Source: Eledone cirrhosa (Eukaryota). From it: a stretch of DNA of 64,000 nt. The notes under the pieces are model-generated. The model saw only the letters and a list, made by a program, of their open reading frames with translations. It searched no databases and was not told the DNA's origin. Shown piece after piece: positions 57,533 to 64,000 of the stretch; positions within the stretch are counted from its first letter, which is position 1, and each line of letters begins with the position of its first letter. The translations under genes were made by a program, and so were the position numbers. Where the stretch lies: contig OZ024740.1 of the NCBI GenBank assembly GCA_964016885.1, positions 273,482,001 to 273,546,000 of the forward strand, in the 5' to 3' direction.

Positions 57533-57982
57533 ATATATATGTATATATATATATATATATAGAGGGTGAAAGAATAATTGAAGATACCATCAGATGGATG
57601 TAGATGTGAGTCTCTGGGTAAGGACATCACGGGAAATGTTCATCAGAAAGGAAGGAAATGTATCATCAAAAACTTAACTTCGACTGTGGTTGTTATTTGT
57701 TTTGATGGAGCGTTTGTTTTGTGATTATCTTTTGCATTTTATATTTTATGTTATTTTATGTTCTATTCATTGGCTTTCTCCAATAATTAGGCCATTTGCC
57801 GGCAGTGATAAGAAGAAAGAATAAAAAATGTTCATGAACACACACATCGATGTGGGGCATATCTGACTGAAGCTTGTCTGTATGTCACCCAGACAATATG
57901 CCATTAATTCTGTGGAATTTTATTATAGCAGTCAAAAGGTCACTTTTCAGAAACCAAAAATCAATATTAAGGCGAGAGAGAA

Positions 57983-58013
<31 letters not shown>

Positions 58014-58046
58014 TGGAGAGAGAAAGAGAGTGAGAGAGATAGAGAG

Positions 58047-58163
<117 letters not shown>

Positions 58164-58856
58164 GAAAAGTGAGAGGGACACATGTAGTGAGATAGATAAA
58201 GAGTAGAGAAAAAAGGAGAGAAAGAATGGGTTGGAAAAACTAAAAGGAGGATAACAAGGAGAGAAATAGAGATAGAAATAGCTACAGTGGAACATATAGA
58301 TCTAGAGGGTGGGTGTGGTTACAAGAGCAAAAATCGTATTATAAGAGGTCAAAAATGAGAAATTTCAATAAAGGGTGTATTAGTCATGATGGTAGATAGT
58401 AGTAAACTGGCAAATTACTAGTAGAAATACAATAATAGGGAAGCAACAGCAACAATGTATACGAATACAATAGATGTTATAATTGCTATTTTCAACGAGT
58501 ACGGACACGTGGAAACTATCACACAAAACCGATCTGATAGCAATGAAGAAGTGGAAGACAGAAGGGACAGAAAGATTATTTAATTTTCATTCGTGAATTT
58601 GTAGCTTATCGCAATTTTCGAAAAACACAGTCGTAAGTTACAGATTTTTTTAACGGAACAATCACTAGTTCACTACATTTCCGATGGCAAATGTGAGATG
58701 CACTTCGTTCAGACATCACGTACTTTTATATATGGTTGCAGACATGTCAATGTGGTTTATAATTTAGATCCCTCACAACATCGCCTTGAGTTCGAATCGA
58801 CTGCACAGCAATTCAGGTAGATAACTACGAGGTTAGTTTGAGGTTGTAAACTCTTG

Positions 58857-58939
<83 letters not shown>

Positions 58940-58947
<8 letters not shown>

Positions 58948-59360
58948 GACGTAAAATAAGAAAATTATAAAAATTAACCTACTTACTAGGCAGTGATTTT
59001 TTCAATGGTTTGGAACTTAGTCCACGCTTTGCTTTTTTCCATCCACTGAATTATTTTTGTATAAGTTCCCTGTGTCCACGCATTGCCTGGAAACTTAGCT
59101 GAGAATAGACTTCCCTGATGACGAAAGGCTTCTCCGTACGTTTCTTCGGAAACTATGTTTATTCCCTTTCAGAAACTAATTAGTTGGAGTGAAATTTTAA
59201 TAAGTAAGTTAATTTTTATAATTTTCTTATTTTACGTCTTTCATATTATTGTTCTGCATCCCCATGCATTGAACCACAAAGTTACTAAGACAAAACCTAT
59301 ATATTTGCTGGCATAGGTATGCATCTGTATATATATGTTAGTAGATATACTAATTCTTTA
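58940..59360 (+). mobile_element. Second copy of the 38105 family: short inverted arm (58940-58987), core, tail
   Basis: 59017-59245 matches 38430-38661; 59245-59360 is the reverse complement of 38105-38220. Confidence 0.9.
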
Positions 59361-59371
59361 TATATATATAT

Positions 59372-59566
59372 ATAGGAACGAGTATGACCCCGGTGTACTC
59401 GTTCGTATTACCCACTCTGCTACCCTAAGTATTGAGTACTTTGGTGCGTTATGGTCCACCTGGTTCCTTGCCACATTTCCTTCGTTATATATATATATAT
59501 ATATATATAGCCCGGATATAGCTGTCGAAACGGCCGGAGCTCAACCACCGAGATGCTGACTCTTTT

Positions 59567-59570
<4 letters not shown>
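59372..59570. mobile_element. Two fragments of the 39721 family separated by (TA)n
   Basis: attgagtactttggtgcgttatggtccacctggttcctt and gctgtcgaaacggccggagctca..actcttttcctat. Confidence 0.8.
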
Positions 59571-59619
<49 letters not shown>

Positions 59620-61370
59620 TTCGTTTTTGAATTAGTTTTGCAAGATTAATTTTTTGACAACGTAAGTTGAAACATATATTATTATAATTTGGGCGGGTCA
59701 TGCTGTTAATAAAAACACATGCACCTGTTGGTTTTCACTTCAATTTATTTCAAGCTACCGGTTGGTTGGTTGGATAACCGGATTATTGTTTATATATTGT
59801 CAAAGCTCTTTTGTCACACATTCTGTGACCTCCTCACTGACTAGCTTTTCATTTTGTGTCTGTCCTTTGTTCTGTCCTACACCATCTTGTTCTTGTGTGT
59901 TGTATGTTGTGTGCATAGTTACATCCGTGTGTGTTTATTTATTTATTTATGTGTTTATTTACTTGTTACTAGTTATTTGTTTGTTCTATCTGTATGTGTG
60001 TGATTTGTTTTGTTAGTTTGTTTTTGTGTGTGTCTGTATGTCTTCATTTTGCCCTTTATTACTTGTTGTGATGTTGCTATTCCACTCATGTTTCTTGTTT
60101 AATTTTGGTTGGTGTTTGTTTATATGTGTCGCTTTTATGATTCGTCTGAGCATTGTATCTTTTCTGTGTATGATATATTTTTTATCTTTATGTTCTCTAA
60201 TGTAAGAGTATGTTCTATTTTGGCATATTCGTGGAGTACTGATGAGTTTTCCCATCCTAGAGCTCTCACCAGTATTCACTTATTCTTTCTCCTATGTATG
60301 TTATATTATTATTCCTACACTGTTCCTCATTAATCTGATGCTACATACTACGTTCCTAGTTTTGTAGTTAGTTTACGGGCTTAGCTTGTAGACTATGCAA
60401 TTCCAATCAGTTCAGGGGGTACTTTGAAATGGGTATGCTTGACTAATTAGGGTTTTTATGGGAATACCTGGTGTTTCAAGTATCTTAATATTTAATTTGA
60501 GCTTGTCTGGGGCCCTTCTAAATCTGTAAGCAAGTTCGCCTCTATGGGTTGTATCGATGAACACTACATTCTGGTATTTATTGCTATCATACCATGAGAT
60601 GATTTTGTTTGCCTTTTTCCTAATCGTTTCTATTCTGTTTCCAAATGTTCTCCTATACATGGGGCAAGTCCAATTCGCATCATTTTCTACATTCTTTGCC
60701 CATTTGGTTCTGTCCCCCTTTATATACCCTGATCTTGTCTCTCTGATAGCAGCCAGGGAACTGCATGGGATGGATGAAGTTTTGTAAGTGTCTCTCTAAC
60801 TATTTGGGGTTGCACATGCCGGACACGTGCCTCATCACTTTCACTAAGTCCGCAATCAGTATATTGATTTTTGTGTGATCCGAAACAGATGAGATTTGGT
60901 GGATCAGGTATTTTGAGGTCATGGGTTTGGCATAATGCAAATGGAGGATTTAAGTTCTATTAATAATTTGCGTTCTATTAATAATAGTTCCCAACCAGAG
61001 TTCTGTGCCTAGTACGGGTAGTATATGGTTGGCGTATTTAGTTGGGTAGTCTATAGTAAATTTAATACACTGGTGGATGGAGTTATCTATTTGCTGGATG
61101 CTTTCTTCTCTAATTCCTGACTGTTCTCCTGTGGGGGGGGGGGGGTTACTACGATGTTTATGTCATCTATGTAGTGGGAGTACATAGTCAGGGTTATAAA
61201 ATTGTCGTCTACAATTGTTCCTTAACTCTTCTGCCCCACCATACCATAAAGAGGTTAGCTATGTCATCTGCAATGATAACGCGAATGGCTTCGCCCTCCT
61301 CTTGGGCATATGTTTTACCATTACACTTGAACATATGTTCCTTAATGGTCAGTTTTATACTGTCCACCAC
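59620..61370 (-). mobile_element. 5'-truncated, decayed Penelope-like element: RT core, GIY-YIG, 3' pLTR
   Basis: Minus hand translation: FKCNGKTYAQEEGEAI..IANLFM, YSHYIDDINIV (YIDD at 61162-61173), LPVLGTEL, YAKPMTSKYLIH; ORF 60013-60279 with TGESSR..HQPKLNKKHEW. Confidence 0.85.
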
Positions 61371-62145
61371 TGCACTGATAGGAAATGCATAGTCTGCAAG
61401 CTAAGCCCTCAAAATAACTGCAAAACTAGGAACGTAGTATATATCATAAGATCTATTGAGGGACAGTGTAGGAATAAGAACATGACATACATAGTGAAAC
61501 AAACCGTAGCATAAGAGAAATGATATGTGAACACTAGTGAGAGCTCCAGGATGGGAAAAACTCATCAGTACTCCACCACATGCCAAAAATAGAACACAGA
61601 GGTCCATTAGAGAACATATCCACAAACAGAAAAGATGCAATGCTCAGACAAATCACAGAGGCCACAACCATAAATGAACTCCAACCAAAGTTAAAAAGAA
61701 AACATGAGTGGAATAGCAACATCACAACTAGTAATAAAGGACAAAATGAAGACATACAAAGACACACAAAAAAACAAACTAACAAAACAAACCGACACAC
61801 ACAGATAGAACAAACAACCAACTAGTGACAAGTAAATAATCACATAAATAAATAAATCAAAACACACACACACACACACCCGGATGTAAATCATGTGCAA
61901 ACTAAGCACACAACACACAACATACAAGTACAAGATAGTGTAGAACAGAACAAAGGCGAGACAAAAAAATTAAAACCTAGTCACTGAGGAGGTCACAGAA
62001 TGTGTGACGTAATAGCTTTGACAATATATAAACAACAGGCTATCGAACCAACCAGCCTGCCAACCAAAAATTTATAATGCATTGAAATGAAAACCAACCG
62101 GTGTGTGTGTTTTTATTGGCAGCATGACCCTTCCAAATGATAGCA

Positions 62146-62147
<2 letters not shown>
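61371..62147 (+). mobile_element. Inverted copy of the same PLE's 3' end (GIY-YIG + pLTR with mutated hammerhead at 61980-62022)
   Basis: CTDRKCIVCK..CKTRNVVYII; RQITEATTINELQPKLKRKHEW; mirrors ~59680-60413; gtca CTGAGGA g gtcaca gaatg tgtgac GtAA tagctt tgac. Confidence 0.85.
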
Positions 62148-62173
<26 letters not shown>

Positions 62174-62176
<3 letters not shown>

Positions 62177-62598
62177 AAATATTAAAAAAATAATGAATAA
62201 AACAATGAAACAGTTCCTTATATTAAACAAAAAAAGTTCATTATTTAACGATCGTTTCTAGGACATATATGTGTTAGAATTGGCATGCATATTAAACAGA
62301 TCTATGTACAAAATTATACAAAATTATACAAACTATCAAATTTAATATACATACCAACACATATATATGCCGTCTTCAGAAATAATTTATTTCTGAAGAC
62401 GGCATATATATGTGTTGATATGTATATTAAATTTGATAGTTTGTATAATTTTGTATAATTTTGTACATAGATCTGTTTAATATGCATGCCAATTCTAACA
62501 CATATATGTCCTAGAAACGATCGTTAAATAATGAACTTTTTTTGTTTAATATAAGGAACTGTTTGATTGTTTTATTCATTATTTTTTTAATATTTTAT
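62174..62598. mobile_element. Near-perfect fold-back (~211-bp arms, 3-nt loop at ~62385-62387), hammerhead on each strand
   Basis: Plus 62387-62531: ttattt CTGAAGA c ggcatata..tgtgtt/aacacatatatgtcc ta GAAA cgatcg TT aaataa. Confidence 0.9.
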
Positions 62599-62730
62599 CT
62601 TGACTCTGTATTCCGTTTATCTTTCACCGAAAGTGATTTTTGAATGCATCTCTTCTTTCCATGATATCCGGATTACATTGAGTTCTTCATACGGATTGGA
62701 CACTACCGTAAACTCTTGGTAGATTTATCT

Positions 62731-62775
<45 letters not shown>

Positions 62776-64000
62776 CGTGTGTGAGAGTATATGTGTCGAA
62801 GTATGTGTGTATAATACTTTTTAATTTATGAAGCAAACTCTGCAATTTAATGTACGCTTCATACTTTTGAATTTGTAAAATAAAGTTTCGCCTCTTCTTT
62901 GAGCTTATATGACGTCCATATTTACTTATGCATTTAAAATACGCCCTAGGTACTAAATACCTACTCCATCCCTGCTGTAGACCTTTCAGTACGTTTATCA
63001 TTTGCCTATTCGGCATTTCCATTTGTGTGCATTAAAACAAATTATAACTTACCGATATAATCGGTAAATATTTCAAAATCTACGAAATATATTTGATGCT
63101 TTTTAAAGCTCTACTAAAGAATTAATACAGTGAGCATGATTTTCTTCAATTTATAAACCCCTTTCTTTAAGAAAAAATAAACTTCAAGAATAAAATACCA
63201 TTTAGTGAAATCCGATAGAATATATTTTACACGACGAAAAAGACATCAACGTTTATATGCTTACTCAATATACTAAAATGTGGCAGAGGCGTTTTTATTT
63301 TCTGAACAAATTCCTTTAATGGACGTATCTAATTGTGTATTTAGCTGCAGTTACTGTTGTTTAGTCCTAAATTTGGTGATAGCTATTTGTTTTAATTTCA
63401 TGTGTATTGTTTTCTATTATCTGATAGATTTTAGGCACAACATTTTTTAAAGCATACTTAACGATTTTTTTTTTTATAAAAACGAGCTAATTGTTATTTT
63501 TATTATTCATAGTAGCCAAAGAAAAAACTCCAATAACATTTATTAAAATAAAAAATAATTTTAGAAAAAAACTTACATATTTCGAAATGTTTTCTGTAGT
63601 TCCGCATTTTATAGATGAAAAAAGTTAAAGGAAAATGAAAAACTATTAAACCTAGATGCTGAAGAATTCTCATGTGTATTTCTCTATTTTATGAAATTTG
63701 ATGAATATTTCGAAACTAAATATTTGAGATATACTGTTTTGCCTGAAGCATTCAAAACATATTTTCGCTTCATTAGAAAAACATATATAAGTAAAATTGA
63801 ATGTATTCTACGTTTCTATCATTCTTTACATATCATCATATGAATTTATATTGGTAATTCAACATTTACTGTTGATGAAAATATACATTTTACAAACTGT
63901 TTAAAATCAGATGTATTCATGCACATGGTGTTTACTAATGTTTTTTTTTCTAGATTCTGATTTAGCTAAGATGTATTAAAACATAGCGCTAATCCTTTTA

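Overview
AT-rich, microsatellite-saturated animal DNA. No host exon can be supported. The SINE repertoire and (TA)n/(CA)n/(GAT)n load suggest a mollusc, probably an octopod cephalopod (inference). Recognisable content: two non-autonomous Helitrons (one carrying a PIF1-helicase C-terminus), two 5'-truncated L1/Tx1-type LINEs in tandem inside a (TATC)n tract, a decayed Penelope-like element (PLE; RT + GIY-YIG) with an inverted 3' copy, a further PLE RT fragment, an RLE-LINE fossil and two tRNA-SINE families. The most striking signal is a dense population of short (100-650 bp) non-coding elements, from about 10 unrelated families, lodged in (TA)n tracts. They are built as fold-backs or partial tandem repeats, and many carry hammerhead ribozyme folds (CUGANGA..GAAA, palindromic stem III, often a very long stem II). 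They look like a PLE-mobilised, retrozyme-like mini-element system. All folds and alignments were done by eye and need computational confirmation.
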